Positions 9,056 through 20,262 are shown, counted from the first letter of the stretch. The stretch is DNA of 35,266 nucleotides from Candidatus Margulisiibacteriota bacterium (GCA_031279305.1 JAITIS010000095.1:1-35266); one strand, 5' to 3'. Program-made: numbers and translations. Notes: generated by a model not told the origin, from the letters alone.

Positions 9056-9557
9056 GCCAGCGTTCCAGCAAAAATCCGCCTAAGACGGCTAGGCTGTAAG
9101 GGAACCGGCGTTTATCCGCGCCTTGTTCCGCCGGCGGCGGCAGGGGCGCGCGCCAGATTACCGACAGCCACAGATTCTGCAAAAAACATATCACCGCCCG
9201 GCCCTGCCCTCTCTGTAACAGCAATTGCAGCAGGGCCAGAGCGCCGCCGCAGACTGCCGACCAGAGACAGATCCACAAAGCCGCCGGCCAGCCCGCCAGC
9301 GCCGCCACGGCGGCCAAAAGTTTCACATCCCCGCCGCCCAAGCCGCCCGCCGCAAAAGCCAAAAAAAACACAATCCCGCAAAACACGACAACTTTTATCT
9401 CCATAACCAGACCGGGAATGCCGGATAGCCAGAAATGCCAGCCCAATCCCAGCAGCAAAGCCGGAATAGTCAGCCAGTTATAAATCTTTCTGGCGCGCAG
9501 ATCGGTCGCAACAGCAATCAGGATCACCAGCAAAATTATAATTTGCAAAAAGTCCAC
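9045..9557 (-). CDS. cpaA: A24-family prepilin peptidase CpaA/TadV
   Basis: TDLRARKIYNW, GGGDVKL catalytic Asp motif, C-terminal FPYSLAV; multiple TM segments. Confidence 0.9.
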   Translation of the reverse strand: MDFLQIIILLVILIAVATDLRARKIYNWLTIPALLLGLGWHFWLSGIPGLVMEIKVVVFCGIVFFLAFAAGGLGGGDVKLLAAVAALAGWPAALWICLWSAVCGGALALLQLLLQRGQGRAVICFLQNLWLSVIWRAPLPPPAEQGADKRRFPYSLAVLGGFLLERWLKS

Positions 9558-9613
9558 CGCCGTCTATTTTAGCACACGTTCACGCCCGCGTTTTATGCTA
9601 AAATCCCGGTGTT
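9558..9613. promoter_or_regulatory. Divergent extended -10 promoters for cpaA and recN (near-leaderless)
   Basis: TGCTAAAAT on the minus strand (9574-9566), 8 nt before cpaA GTG; TGCTAAAAT on the plus strand (9596-9604), 9 nt before recN ATG. Confidence 0.6.
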
Positions 9614-11254
9614 ATGCTGTTATCTCTCTATCTGGAGAATTACGCCCTGCTGGAAAAGCAAACTATCGAATTCCGCTCCGGATTTAATGTTATCACCGGC
9701 GAAACCGGCGCCGGCAAGTCGATTATCGTCAATGCTCTGGCGCTTATTATGGGCGAACGGGCTTCCAGCGATTTCATTAAAGCTGGCAGGCAGCGAGCGG
9801 TGCTGGAAGCGGTGTTTGACATACGCGGCAAACAGCTGGATGGCTGCGCAGACGATGACGCGCTGATTATCACCCGCGAGATATCGCTGAACGGGCGCAA
9901 CTTAATAAAAATAAATCACCGCGCGGCCACCCAGAATGAATTAAAACAAGTCTCGCGTTATCTCATCGACATTCACGGCCAGCATCAGCATCAATTGCTC
10001 ATTGATCCGGAGAATCACCTAGAAATACTTGATCTTTTCACCGAGAGCAGCCGCCGCTTGGCTGTGCGGGAAGTTTTTGCCAAATACCACGCGGTTAAAA
10101 AAGAATACACCCTGCTTTTGCAAAACCGCGACCTCCGGCAGGAGGAAAAAGATTTTTTGAGTTTTCAGCTGGCTGAGCTTAACGCCGCGGACTTAAAACC
10201 CGGCGAACACACGGAATTAAAAACTGAAAAAAGCCGGCTGGACTCTTTTGCCGAGATTGCCGAGGCGGTGCGCAGCATTGCGGAAAAAATGCCCGGCTTG
10301 AAAGACGGCCTGCGCTACAGCAAAAGCAAGCTGGCGCAAATCGCCGGCAAAGAAAACACGCTGCAAAATCTAGCGGACAAAGCCGAAGCAATCAATCTGG
10401 ATTTTGAGGATTTTCAGGACAGCCTAAACGATTATGAAAACCAGCTGGAGTTCTCGCCGCAGAGACTGGAAGAGGTAAACGAACGGCTGGATTTGCTGCA
10501 CAAACTCAAGCGCAAACATCTCAAACAGCTGGAAGAAGAAGATGTCGCCGCGCTGCTGATCAAAAAGCGAGACCAGCTAAGCACACTGCTGACAGGGCTG
10601 GCGGACACGGATGAGCGGCTGGCCGCTTTGGAAAAAAATCTGGCGGATGCGGAAAAAATATATCTGGAAAAAGCGGCGGCCCTGTCCAAACACCGCAAAC
10701 AAACCGCCCTGAAACTGGAGGAAAAAATTATTCGCGCGCTAAAAAATCTGCGTATGCCCGGCGTGGAGTTCAAAATAAACTTTACCGCGGCGCCTTACGC
10801 CGCGGCGGGGTTGGACGCTGTAGAGTTCCTGATCTCCGCCAATCCTGGCGAGCCGCTCAAAGCTCTGGCGAAGATCGCGTCAGGCGGGGAGCTGTCGCGG
10901 GTAATGCTGGCCATCCGCCAGACGCTGGCCGAGCGCGAGCAGAGATCCTCGATGATTTTCGATGAGGTTGACGCCGGCATCGGCGGCGAGACGGCGCTTT
11001 ATATAGCCGAGGCCATTCATTCTATCGCGCAGAAACATCAGGTCATCTGCGTCACTCATTTAGCCCAGATCGCCGCCCGGGCCAGCCATCATCTGTGCGT
11101 GGCTAAATCCGCCGGGGCGCATTCGACCACGGTGACCGTAGCTTCGTTAAACAAGTCTGAGCGGGAATTGGAAATAGCCCGGATGCTTTCCGGCAAACTC
11201 ACCGAGAACGCCGCCGCGCACGCGCAGGAGCTGCTGCATATCCAGCAAGCTTAG
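9614..11254 (+). CDS. recN: DNA repair protein RecN
   Basis: TGETGAGKS Walker A, IDIHGQH, coiled coil, KIASGGELSR signature, IFDEVDAGIGG, QVICVTHLAQIAA. Confidence 0.96.
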   Translation: MLLSLYLENYALLEKQTIEFRSGFNVITGETGAGKSIIVNALALIMGERASSDFIKAGRQRAVLEAVFDIRGKQLDGCADDDALIITREISLNGRNLIKINHRAATQNELKQVSRYLIDIHGQHQHQLLIDPENHLEILDLFTESSRRLAVREVFAKYHAVKKEYTLLLQNRDLRQEEKDFLSFQLAELNAADLKPGEHTELKTEKSRLDSFAEIAEAVRSIAEKMPGLKDGLRYSKSKLAQIAGKENTLQNLADKAEAINLDFEDFQDSLNDYENQLEFSPQRLEEVNERLDLLHKLKRKHLKQLEEEDVAALLIKKRDQLSTLLTGLADTDERLAALEKNLADAEKIYLEKAAALSKHRKQTALKLEEKIIRALKNLRMPGVEFKINFTAAPYAAAGLDAVEFLISANPGEPLKALAKIASGGELSRVMLAIRQTLAEREQRSSMIFDEVDAGIGGETALYIAEAIHSIAQKHQVICVTHLAQIAARASHHLCVAKSAGAHSTTVTVASLNKSERELEIARMLSGKLTENAAAHAQELLHIQQA

Positions 11255-12399
11255 TTTTTGCCGAGCAAAGACAAAACCGCCCGGGCGTTTTTCTTTAGCA
11301 CGGAGCGCGCGGAAAGTTTACTTTTTAATACGGAAAATTCTCTTTTTATTTTTCGCATTTTCTTTTTATCATAAAGCGTTTTCTCCAGCAGCTGATACAG
11401 CTCCGGCGCGGTGACGCCCCGCTGGATACGCTCCGGCATTATCTCCCGGCCGTTTAGCATATTGGGCAGGGCTTTGTAGCGGGGCGCTTTATTCCCCAGC
11501 ATTTTTTTTAACAGCCAGTAAGACAGCGGCGGAAACTTATACACCGCGATGAGCGGGGTGCCGAGCAGGGCGGCCTCCAGCGTGATCGTGCCGGTCGAGG
11601 AAACAATAATATCCGCGGCGGCCATCGCGGCGTAATTTTCTCTATATAAGACCTGTGTGTCCGCCACAAATTTTGTCTGGCGGCGGACTAAGCCCTGTAT
11701 TTTTTGCAAACAGTAGGAGTTGGCCGCCACTATGACAAACTGCTCCCGTCCCCGCGCCAAAGCGGTCATCTCCAGTAAAACCGGCAGCAGATTGGCCAGC
11801 TCCTGCCGGCGGCTGCCGGGGAATAAAGCCACCAATGGTTTGGCGGCGGACAGTCTATGTTTCCTGCGAAAGACCGCGGGCGCAACATTAGTCTTAACTA
11901 TCTCGCTCAAAGGATGGCCGTTGTAAACACTGCGGCCGCCAAGTTTCTGGTAAAACCGGTGCTCCTCAGGAAATATCGAGATGATCAGATCGCAGACATC
12001 CGCGACTTTCCGGCCGCCCGCCGCGCTGCCCCACAGCCACTCCTGCGGCGAGATGTAGTACACGACCGGCATTCCCAGACTTTTGGCATAGCCGGCTAAA
12101 GGCAGATGAAACCCCTGGCCGTCCACGCACAGGAACAGGTCAAATTTATTTTTCCGCAGATATTTTTTTAAGCGCGCCAGAGCGCGCAGATAGGCCGTGA
12201 GGTGGCGCAGCGGCTCAACAATGCCGACCGTGCTGCGGCTGGTTAAATCCAGCAGTATTTTCACGCCTTCGGCCCGCAGCGCCTCGCTGCCGAGACCGTA
12301 AAAACTTAAATTTTTATCCTGCTTTTTTAAGGCCTGCACCAGTCTGGCCGCGTGCAGATCGCCGGAAGTTTCTATGGCGCTGATGAATATTTTTTTCAT
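11251..12399 (-). CDS. lpxB: Lipid-A-disaccharide synthase
   Basis: ETSGDLHA, YYISPQEWLW, IFPEE, GHPL, LFPGSRRQE, GTITLEAALLGTP, LPNML. Start moved to ATG 12399 (MKKIFIS). Confidence 0.92.
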   Translation of the reverse strand: MKKIFISAIETSGDLHAARLVQALKKQDKNLSFYGLGSEALRAEGVKILLDLTSRSTVGIVEPLRHLTAYLRALARLKKYLRKNKFDLFLCVDGQGFHLPLAGYAKSLGMPVVYYISPQEWLWGSAAGGRKVADVCDLIISIFPEEHRFYQKLGGRSVYNGHPLSEIVKTNVAPAVFRRKHRLSAAKPLVALFPGSRRQELANLLPVLLEMTALARGREQFVIVAANSYCLQKIQGLVRRQTKFVADTQVLYRENYAAMAAADIIVSSTGTITLEAALLGTPLIAVYKFPPLSYWLLKKMLGNKAPRYKALPNMLNGREIMPERIQRGVTAPELYQLLEKTLYDKKKMRKIKREFSVLKSKLSARSVLKKNARAVLSLLGKN

Positions 12400-12416
12400 T
12401 GCCCTAAAATTATAAA

Positions 12417-13925
12417 CTAGAACGACGCGGAAATCCCGGCCCACCAAGATTCTTCAATCGTGTTATTTTCCAAACGGATAGTCCAGGGGCGGGATGTATA
12501 TTCCAGAAAATAGATAAGCCGGTTAATGCGTCCGTTGCGGATCAGATAGCGCAATGTCCGGCCCAGACGCATATTCCACAGGGAGACCCGCATAGTTGTC
12601 CGCACATTATCACCCATCTCATAATGCTCATCATAGGAAAAAGGCGAAGAGCCGCGTTCGTCCACATAGTCATACACTCGGGCGTTCCAGTCAAAAATCC
12701 AGAGCTTCCGGTGCGCGTTCACAAAGCTGAACACGCGGTGCCAGCTGTAAGGATACAGCGAATATTTAACCGTGTCATAGCCGACGCCGGGGCGGATAGA
12801 CAGCAAATAAGGCACTTCATAATCCCGCGAAAGCTCGGAATAGGACTGCCAGCGCTGGCCTTCGGCTCCGGTGGTCAGCTCGCGCACAGAAGTGTAGGTG
12901 TTTGTAGTGTAAAGACTTAGCCGCTGCCAGGGCAGATGAAACAAGGCGTAGTATTCCAGCTCCACATCCCGGTTAATAATATCCACTCCGGACTCTTCAT
13001 AGACCGTGTGCGTCAGGCGCAGAGTGCTAGCCGCAGCATTGTTTAACTCCGTGTTGTACTGCAAAAGCTCGTTAAAATTCATTTTTTTATTTCCGGTATG
13101 CGCTGGATCTAAAAAAGAGTGTTCGTAAGAAATATTTTCCTGCGTCGGCCAGTACTGCCAGTTTTCATTGATATAGGTCATCTGATCGTAATCAGAAAAA
13201 CGCATTATGTTCTGCATACCGTAGCCGGCGCCTTTTTCCAGCGCGTAGCCGAACTGCAGATTGCCGTAAAATTTTTCACTGGCGTAATAATGGCTGTTCC
13301 AGCGGAAAAAATCCCCGGCAAAATAAGTGCGCCCCCACTGGGGAAAAGAACCGGGCAGCTCAAAAGCATTGCGGCGTTTGTCCACCACATAGACCGGGAT
13401 ATACCAGAGCTTGTGCGCGCGCCAGTTAAAGGTAGTGTCGTAGAAAACCGCCCAGCCCGGATAGATATTCAATTCTCTGGATTTCATCGCAAAGTCATAC
13501 ATCGGCACGCCGATTGTCGCGCCGATCAAAGAAATTTTTTCGCCGCGGAAAAATAATTTCCCGGATTGGGCGTAGAGATCGTCCGTGCCGATGACAATAT
13601 TCTGCGCGGACATATCGTTATTGGCGGGATTATACTCTAGGGTTTCGCCAAAAATTTCATTGTTCAGGTAGCGGGAATGAAAACCGCCGGCCAGATAGAC
13701 GCGGTTGGTGGCGGAGGAAAACCGCACTTCGCCGGCGCGGATGAGCGTGTTATCGTAGCGCAGGGTGACATTTTGCGTGCCGGGCGCGGAATAAAAAAAC
13801 CATTCCGCGCCTTGATGCCCGGAGCGCGGCGCATCGATGGACAGCGTATGTAAGCCGATCTTTTGGGTGTACGGCGCGCCGGAACAGACAGCCAGCAAAG
13901 CCAGCAGCAGCCAGTATTTTTTCAT
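12417..13925 (-). CDS. Outer-membrane beta-barrel protein, LptD-like
   Basis: Signal peptide; jellyroll-like N-terminus (NVTLRYDNTLIRAGEVRFS); LWYIPVY..RR and FPQWGRTYFAG motifs resembling LptD; aromatic-rich; ends in Phe; adjacent to lpxB. Confidence 0.55.
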   Translation of the reverse strand: MKKYWLLLALLAVCSGAPYTQKIGLHTLSIDAPRSGHQGAEWFFYSAPGTQNVTLRYDNTLIRAGEVRFSSATNRVYLAGGFHSRYLNNEIFGETLEYNPANNDMSAQNIVIGTDDLYAQSGKLFFRGEKISLIGATIGVPMYDFAMKSRELNIYPGWAVFYDTTFNWRAHKLWYIPVYVVDKRRNAFELPGSFPQWGRTYFAGDFFRWNSHYYASEKFYGNLQFGYALEKGAGYGMQNIMRFSDYDQMTYINENWQYWPTQENISYEHSFLDPAHTGNKKMNFNELLQYNTELNNAAASTLRLTHTVYEESGVDIINRDVELEYYALFHLPWQRLSLYTTNTYTSVRELTTGAEGQRWQSYSELSRDYEVPYLLSIRPGVGYDTVKYSLYPYSWHRVFSFVNAHRKLWIFDWNARVYDYVDERGSSPFSYDEHYEMGDNVRTTMRVSLWNMRLGRTLRYLIRNGRINRLIYFLEYTSRPWTIRLENNTIEESWWAGISASF

Positions 13926-14431
13926 CTGGAGAAAAAATCCACTATGGCGCGGCCAAATTCTTCCGCCGCGGCAAAATCTCTGGCTGTAATAATATTACCG
14001 CTCACCACCACCGGCCGGTCTACATAAACGGCGTCGTGTTTACGCGCGTCCGCCAGAGCGTCCGGCGAGGGAAATACCGTGTATTCTCCGCCCCGCAGAA
14101 CACCGGCCTGCGCGGGAATAAGACCGGAAATACAGATCGCCGCGACGAGTCTGCCGTCCGCGGCAAACTCCCGCGTCAGCCTGAGCACTGTCTCGTCGTA
14201 CCAGTAAGTCGGCTGGCCGCCGGCAATAACCAGCCCTTGATAATCCGCCGCGGACACTTTGTCCAGCGTGATATCCACCTGCGCCGTGACCAAGCCTTTT
14301 TTGCCGCGCAGAGGGCCGACGGCGGCGGAGGCGGTAGTTACTTCCAGACCGGCATTCAACAAAATCCGGCGGGGCACAGCATATTCTTCATCACGAAAAC
14401 CATCCGGCACGAGCAGAAACAGTATGGACAT
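13922..14431 (-). CDS. DJ-1/PfpI family protein
   Basis: DGFRDEEY, GLVIAGG, VAAICIS nucleophile Cys, VVVSGNIITAR. Real start is ATG 14431 (MSILFLLVP). Confidence 0.9.
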   Translation of the reverse strand: MSILFLLVPDGFRDEEYAVPRRILLNAGLEVTTASAAVGPLRGKKGLVTAQVDITLDKVSAADYQGLVIAGGQPTYWYDETVLRLTREFAADGRLVAAICISGLIPAQAGVLRGGEYTVFPSPDALADARKHDAVYVDRPVVVSGNIITARDFAAAEEFGRAIVDFFSR

Positions 14432-14432
14432 T

Positions 14433-16685
14433 TTACAAGCCCCGGTTGACGTCGATCTTGCCGCTGTCGATCTGCTTGCGGCCGGCCGCCGGTATGACAG
14501 CGGACTGCACATTGTTGGTTGTAGCCGCTTCCTCCATATCCGAGAGAAAAATAATGCTGCCCGCATCGGGATAAAAAGTCCGCTCCCAGTCCGGTCTGGA
14601 GCGGCCGGCCGGCACCAGCCCGCCGAAGATCGAATGCTCCTGACAGGAAGAAGTGTGTATGTTGTTCTCCCACATCAATTCCTCCACCACATCCGACTCC
14701 GGACACATCGGCGTGGCCAGCGCTTTGCCGGTTATACAGATCCGCTGTTTGACCATCCCGCGCGGATAGGGAAAATATTCTTTGGGCAGTTTGGGCAGAG
14801 CGTAAGACATAAACATATGCCACATCTGCGCCGGCAGCCAGCCGCCGGTGACTTCCTGCATCGCCGAATTATCATCATTGCCCACCCAAACCACGGTCAC
14901 AATATTGGGCGCAAAACCGATGAACCAGGCGTCGCGGTAATCAGTGGTCGTGCCGGTTTTACCGGCCAGATCATAGCCGGGCACATTGGCGCCCTGGCCG
15001 GTGCCTTTTTGCATCACGCCTTTTAACATATAAATCAGCGCGTAGACATAACGCGCCTCGTAGACCCGGCGCGGCGCGATCTGGTGTTTGTACAGGACAT
15101 TGCCGTTACGATCCTCGATGCGCAGGATCGACACCGGATCGACGCGCACGCCGCCGCCGGCCAGCGTGCAGAAAGCCGCGCCGTGCTCCAGAATCGAGGT
15201 CTCGCTGGCGCCCAAGGTGAGCGACAGCACCGGAGCCAGATAAGACTGCAGCCCCAGTTTGCGGCAGGTCACGATGATGTTGCTCGGATCCAAAATATCG
15301 CTGACGCGCACCGCCACGACATTGAGCGACAGCTCCAGCGCGCGTTTTAGAGTCACCGGGCCTTTGAAATCATTGGTATAATTGCGCGGGCTGTACGGCC
15401 CCTGCGTGGTATTAAACGTGATCGGCAGATCATCAACGACCGTGCCCGGCGAAAGCCCCATACTCAAGGCCGTCAGATAGGTGTAGGGCTTAAATGAAGA
15501 GCCGGTCTGGCGTTTGGCCTGAGCGATATGATCGAATTCACGCTCCAGAAAATCCCGGCCGCCGACCCAGGTTTTGATATAGCCGGTTTTAGGATCGACG
15601 CTGAAAAGCGCGGCCTGCGTGGCGTTGAGCGATGAAACTTCCCGGCCTTTGATCCAGTGCGGACGGCTGGCTTCCATCATATAGTACTCGACTGTATCCT
15701 CGGCTTTTTTCTGCAGATCAACATCCAGCGTCGTGTATACTTTTAATCCGTCATTGTAAACCACCTCGCTGCCGTACATATCGATGAGTTGCTTGACCAC
15801 ATAGCTGGTGAAATACGGGTGTTTATAGCGCAGGGTCCGGCGCGCCGCTAGAAAGATCGGCGTGTCTTTAGCCTGATAATAATCTTCCTCGCTGATCAGA
15901 TTTAAGGTCAGCAGGCGGCGCAGCACTATGTCCCGGCGCCAGCGCGCCCGCTGCGGGTGATTGAAAGGCGAATACAATTCCGGGCCGCGCAAAAGGCCGA
16001 TGAGCGTGGCGGATTCCGGCAGAGTCAGTTCGGCGGCTTTTTTACCGAAATACAAATTGGCCGCGGACTCGATGCCGTAGGAGTTATGCCCCCAGTACAC
16101 CTGATTGAGATAAAATTCCAAAATTTCCTCTTTGGTGTATTTGCGCTCCAGCTGGAGGGCCAGAAGCATCTCGGCGATCTTGCGGATCATTTTTTTGCGC
16201 TTATTCAGGAAAATGCTGCGCGCTAGCTGCATCGTGATCGTGCTGCCGCCCTGCATTTTTTCGCCGCGGATGACATTCACAAAAATCGAGCGGAAAATGC
16301 CGTTAAAATCCAGCCCGTTGTGGCGGTAAAAATTCGCATCCTCGGAAGAGATGACCGCCGCTTTCACAAAATCCGAGATCTGGGAGATCGGCACGATCAC
16401 CCGGTTTTCTTCCTGATGCAGCTCGGCTAGGATCGTGCCGTCCGCCGCGTAAACTTTGGTCGTCTCGTTGGGCACGTAGGTCGAGATGAGGTCGACATCC
16501 GGCAGCTGGGTGGAGATCTGCACCACGATAATCAAAAAAAGCAAAGCGCCCGCCGCCGCGGCGACGCCCAAATACCGCATAATTTTTTGCAGCCCAAAAA
16601 ACAGTTTTTGTCTTTTGAGATGTCTGCCGTAGGAAGTCAAATGCGCCGATTTGACCTCATCTATCGGTTTTTTGAAAAGACCCAC
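14433..16685 (-). CDS. Class A penicillin-binding protein (PBP1A family)
   Basis: TM anchor; GT51 motifs [30 protein letters not shown]; transpeptidase motifs GSSFKP, SLN, KTGT. Confidence 0.95.
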   Translation of the reverse strand: MGLFKKPIDEVKSAHLTSYGRHLKRQKLFFGLQKIMRYLGVAAAAGALLFLIIVVQISTQLPDVDLISTYVPNETTKVYAADGTILAELHQEENRVIVPISQISDFVKAAVISSEDANFYRHNGLDFNGIFRSIFVNVIRGEKMQGGSTITMQLARSIFLNKRKKMIRKIAEMLLALQLERKYTKEEILEFYLNQVYWGHNSYGIESAANLYFGKKAAELTLPESATLIGLLRGPELYSPFNHPQRARWRRDIVLRRLLTLNLISEEDYYQAKDTPIFLAARRTLRYKHPYFTSYVVKQLIDMYGSEVVYNDGLKVYTTLDVDLQKKAEDTVEYYMMEASRPHWIKGREVSSLNATQAALFSVDPKTGYIKTWVGGRDFLEREFDHIAQAKRQTGSSFKPYTYLTALSMGLSPGTVVDDLPITFNTTQGPYSPRNYTNDFKGPVTLKRALELSLNVVAVRVSDILDPSNIIVTCRKLGLQSYLAPVLSLTLGASETSILEHGAAFCTLAGGGVRVDPVSILRIEDRNGNVLYKHQIAPRRVYEARYVYALIYMLKGVMQKGTGQGANVPGYDLAGKTGTTTDYRDAWFIGFAPNIVTVVWVGNDDNSAMQEVTGGWLPAQMWHMFMSYALPKLPKEYFPYPRGMVKQRICITGKALATPMCPESDVVEELMWENNIHTSSCQEHSIFGGLVPAGRSRPDWERTFYPDAGSIIFLSDMEEAATTNNVQSAVIPAAGRKQIDSGKIDVNRGL

Positions 16686-16757
16686 CAGCTTCCCCTTGAG
16701 GCAAAAATTTTGAGGTGCTATTATAACATAATACTATGCGGCAAAACTGAGGCGCGA

Positions 16758-17912
16758 ATGGACGTTTGGGGTATCATCAAAAAAGGCGCGGTGGAGATAA
16801 TTTCCGCGGGCGATCTGCAAAATAAGCTTATTTCCGGCCAAAAATTAAAAATCAAGCTAGGGACTGATCCTTCCGCTCCCGATTTGCATTTGGGGCATAC
16901 GGTAGTTTTGCGCAAACTGCGGGAATTTCAGGAGCTGGGGCACGAGATCATTTTTCTCATCGGCGATTTTACCGCCGCGATCGGCGATCCGACCGGCAAA
17001 TCGGAAACCCGCCAGCCGTTAAATCCCGCGCAGATCGCCCAAAACGCCGCGACTTATCAGGAGCAGGTTTTCAAAATTTTGGACAAAACCCAAACCCGCG
17101 TTGTCTACAATTCGGAATGGATAAACAAGCTCACGCCGGCGGATATGCTCCAGCTGCTGGCCTCCCACACTGTCGCCCGGATGCTAGAGCGCGAGGATTT
17201 CAAAAAACGCTACAGCGAGAACCGCCCCATCGCCCTGCACGAATTTATGTATCCGCTCCTGCAGGGATATGACTCGGTCGCCCTGCGCGCCGATGTGGAG
17301 CTAGGCGGCACCGACCAAAAATTTAATCTGCTGATGGGGCGCGACCTGCAAGCTGCCGCCGGACAGACGCCGCAGAATATCGTCATTATGCCCCTGCTGG
17401 AGGGGCTGGACGGCGTCAACAAAATGTCCAAGTCGCTCGGCAATCACGTCGGCATCACCGATCCGCCCAATGAGATGTTTGGCAAACTGATGTCTCTGCC
17501 GGACGCGCTGATGCCGCGCTATTACGAGCTTTTGACGGATCTGGTTTTTGACCCAAACGCGCATCCCCGCGCCGCCAAAGAAAAACTGGCGCGCTATATC
17601 ACCGCGCAATACCACAGCCAGACGGCGGCGGATGCGGCGGCGGAAAATTTCCAGAATGTTTTTGCCCGCAGCGGCGTCCCCAATGACACGCCGGTCTTAA
17701 AGGCGGGGCGATTTGCCGGCCTGCGGCTCAAAGAACTGCTGGTGGCCGCCGGGCTATCCGCCAGCAACAGCGACGCCAAGCGCGACATCCAGTCCGGCGC
17801 AGTTCGGATCAACGGGCAAAAAGCGGACGATCCGGCCCGCGTGTTAATCAGCGGAAAAACCGGCAAGTTTATTTTACAGATCGGCAAACGCAAATTTGTG
17901 AAATTAGAATAA
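16758..17912 (+). CDS. tyrS: Tyrosine--tRNA ligase
   Basis: HLGH (HIGH), [23 protein letters not shown]-terminal S4 domain (IGKRKF). Start ATG 16758 after GAGG. Confidence 0.97.
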   Translation: MDVWGIIKKGAVEIISAGDLQNKLISGQKLKIKLGTDPSAPDLHLGHTVVLRKLREFQELGHEIIFLIGDFTAAIGDPTGKSETRQPLNPAQIAQNAATYQEQVFKILDKTQTRVVYNSEWINKLTPADMLQLLASHTVARMLEREDFKKRYSENRPIALHEFMYPLLQGYDSVALRADVELGGTDQKFNLLMGRDLQAAAGQTPQNIVIMPLLEGLDGVNKMSKSLGNHVGITDPPNEMFGKLMSLPDALMPRYYELLTDLVFDPNAHPRAAKEKLARYITAQYHSQTAADAAAENFQNVFARSGVPNDTPVLKAGRFAGLRLKELLVAAGLSASNSDAKRDIQSGAVRINGQKADDPARVLISGKTGKFILQIGKRKFVKLE

Positions 17913-18431
17913 ACTTTTTAGGCTGTCCAGCAGGCTGTCCGCGGCCTGATCGCGCAATTGTTTTTCCAGCCGGGCTCTGTCCGGCAGAGGCACCTCGATA
18001 GTCTGGTCAAACTTCACGGGAAAATCCAGCACAAATAATATTTTTGCCGCGCACTGGCCGGCGACGCGGATTTTGACCGACTGCTGTCCCTGCATTATGG
18101 CGTTGAATAGCTCCGTCGCCGAACCGAATATTTTTTCCAGCTCGATATTCTGCGCCAGCGCAAAAACAACGCCGCCGCCCGCCGGCGCCTCGATCTGCTC
18201 CGACTGGCCGCTAAAAAATTCCCGCTCCGCGATGAAAAGCGCGTAGTCGATTTTGCCGTTTAACGGCACATTGTTGGGATTGCGCAGACTGAAATTAAAT
18301 TTGGCGGAGACGGTGCGCGCGTCTAACAGTTTGGCCTCGCTGCTCACAAAAGCGATTTCCGGGCTGCGCGCCAGACAACCGGTGAGAAAAAAACACAAAC
18401 CAAGCAAAATTAAAATTTTTAAGCGGCGCAT
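17904..18431 (-). CDS. LEA type 2 (WHy domain) lipoprotein
   Basis: Lipobox LTGC; [19 protein letters not shown]-2 motif. Confidence 0.8.
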   Translation of the reverse strand: MRRLKILILLGLCFFLTGCLARSPEIAFVSSEAKLLDARTVSAKFNFSLRNPNNVPLNGKIDYALFIAEREFFSGQSEQIEAPAGGGVVFALAQNIELEKIFGSATELFNAIMQGQQSVKIRVAGQCAAKILFVLDFPVKFDQTIEVPLPDRARLEKQLRDQAADSLLDSLKSLF

Positions 18432-18474
18432 AGGGCGGAATTATAACACGGGGCGCGGTAATTTAGATTTACTT

Positions 18475-18530
18475 CCCCTCTTCGCTAGGGGGGCGTCAAA
18501 AATTCACAAAGCAAATTTTTGACAGAGGGG
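18475..18530. repeat. Nested inverted-repeat element in a divergent intergenic region
   Basis: GTCAAAAATT (18495-18504) pairs with AATTTTTGAC (18514-18523). CCCCTCT (18475-81) can pair with AGAGGGG (18524-30), or CCCCT with AGGGG (18487-91). Confidence 0.6.
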
Positions 18531-18590
18531 TCATACGCCTGCCGCGCAAACTATGCTATAATCACCAAAACTTTTTGGGGGGATTTGCGT

Positions 18591-19409
18591 ATGAAAAAAT
18601 TAGCGCTTCTGCTTGTCATTTCGGGATTATTTGCCGCGCCGCCCAAAGGCACGGTCGCCACGGTCGCCACGGATAATTACGTCGTCACTACGGACATCCA
18701 GACACGCATTGACGCCCTGCCCGCGCAGTACGTGCAGTACTACGCCTCGCCGGACGGCAAAAAACAGCTGTTAGATCAGATCATCGAGGAAAAACTGCTG
18801 GCCGTGGAGGCCGGCGCGCGCGGCTACGCCACCAATAATGAGGTGCTCCGCACGCTGGACAGCATCAAAGAAGAAGTAATGGTGCGCCAGTACGTCAAAG
18901 ACGAGGTGGGCAAACTGACTATCAGCGACAGCGAGATCAGCGCTTACTACAACGCCAATCTGGAAAAATTTATGCAGCCCGAAGCGGTGCGCGCCAGCCA
19001 TATACTGGTGGACGCCGAAGAAGCGGCCAAAGAAATACTCGCGCAGTTAAATAACGGCGGCGATTTTGCCGCGCTGGCCAAAGAAAAATCCACCGACACC
19101 GGCAGCGCCGTGAACGGCGGCGATTTGGATTTTTTCACCCGCGGCCAGATGGTCAAGCCTTTTGAGGACGCGGCATTTGGCCTCAAAAAAAACGAGACGG
19201 GCAAAACTCCGGTTAAAACTCAGTTCGGCTGGCATATTATCCGCGTCACGGACAAGCGCGCCGCCAAACAGCAGGCGCTGGCCGAGGTCAAGCAGGCTAT
19301 CCGCGGCGAGCTGCTCCTAGAAAAACAGCGCGCTAAAGTAACCAGCCTGATCTCCGCCGCCAAAACGAAATATCCGGTCGAGACCCACGCTGAAAATCTA
19401 AAATGGTAA
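18591..19409 (+). CDS. PpiC/parvulin-type peptidyl-prolyl isomerase (PrsA/SurA-like chaperone)
   Basis: Signal peptide; VRASHILV, FAALAKEKSTD, GGDLDFF..GQMVKPFEDAAF, TQFGWHII; upstream TGCTATAAT promoter. Confidence 0.92.
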   Translation: MKKLALLLVISGLFAAPPKGTVATVATDNYVVTTDIQTRIDALPAQYVQYYASPDGKKQLLDQIIEEKLLAVEAGARGYATNNEVLRTLDSIKEEVMVRQYVKDEVGKLTISDSEISAYYNANLEKFMQPEAVRASHILVDAEEAAKEILAQLNNGGDFAALAKEKSTDTGSAVNGGDLDFFTRGQMVKPFEDAAFGLKKNETGKTPVKTQFGWHIIRVTDKRAAKQQALAEVKQAIRGELLLEKQRAKVTSLISAAKTKYPVETHAENLKW

Positions 19410-19413
19410 GCGC

Positions 19414-20262
19414 GTGCGGGTACAAAGCGCCGCCAAAATAAATCTAGTCCTAAACGTTCTAGCTCGGCGCGCTGATCATTATCACGAATTGCGCGCTGTT
19501 TTGCAGACAGTCTCGTTGTGCGATTATCTGGACTTCGCGCGGGCGCAGACGCTGGAAATACACGCGCCAGTCGGTATCACGGCAGAGCTTGAGCAAAATC
19601 TAATCTATCGCGCGGCGCGTAAATTTCTGGATAGATACACGCCGGGAGCGGGCGTTCGGATCACCCTGACCAAAAATATTCCGCTGGCGGCCGGTCTGGC
19701 TGGCGGCTCCACGGACTGCGCCGGCGCTCTGATAGGCCTAAACGAATTTTTGGCCGTGCACGCGCCGCCGGAGGAACTGGAGGAAATCGCCGACAGCCTC
19801 GGCTCAGACACGGCCTACTGCCTGCGCGGCGGCACCTATCTGGCTACAGGACGGGGCGAGCTCCTGCAAAAACTGCCGGAATTGCCAAAAATGACCGGAT
19901 TGATCTTAAAACCGCCTTTCCCGCTCTCCACCGCGGCGGTATACGCCAGATTTTCCGGACAAAATACGCCCTGCGATCTGAGCGCTTATGAGCGCGGAGA
20001 AGCCGCCGCGCATTTAGCTCTGAATATGCGCAACGATCTGACCGTCCCGGCGTTAAGTCTCCGCCCGGAGCTAAAAGATTATCTGCGCCGGGTAGAACAA
20101 ACATCTCCGGCGGTTTGCCAGATGTCCGGTTCCGGCCCCGCGATATTTGCCTTTTATCCGCATATTTCCGCCAGAGACACAGCCGTCGCCGCGCTTTCCA
20201 GAACCTGTGAGGTGTATCCTGTAGAAACCGTGCAGACAGCGCAAAAAATACTATATGATTAG
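19414..20262 (+). CDS. ispE: 4-diphosphocytidyl-2-C-methyl-D-erythritol kinase
   Basis: AKINLVL, YHEL, KNIPLAAGLAGGSTD, LGSDT, MSGSGP. Confidence 0.95.
   Translation: MRVQSAAKINLVLNVLARRADHYHELRAVLQTVSLCDYLDFARAQTLEIHAPVGITAELEQNLIYRAARKFLDRYTPGAGVRITLTKNIPLAAGLAGGSTDCAGALIGLNEFLAVHAPPEELEEIADSLGSDTAYCLRGGTYLATGRGELLQKLPELPKMTGLILKPPFPLSTAAVYARFSGQNTPCDLSAYERGEAAAHLALNMRNDLTVPALSLRPELKDYLRRVEQTSPAVCQMSGSGPAIFAFYPHISARDTAVAALSRTCEVYPVETVQTAQKILYD

Noticed and set aside
16587-16757. N-terminal extension of tyrS, or a T-box leader
   Set aside because: The extension overlaps the divergent PBP1A gene; the true gap is about 70 bp, too short for a T-box.
18650-18672. 9-bp tandem repeat (CACGGTCGC) in the PPIase gene
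   Set aside because: In-frame, about 2.5 copies, encodes TVATVAT; no frameshift potential.
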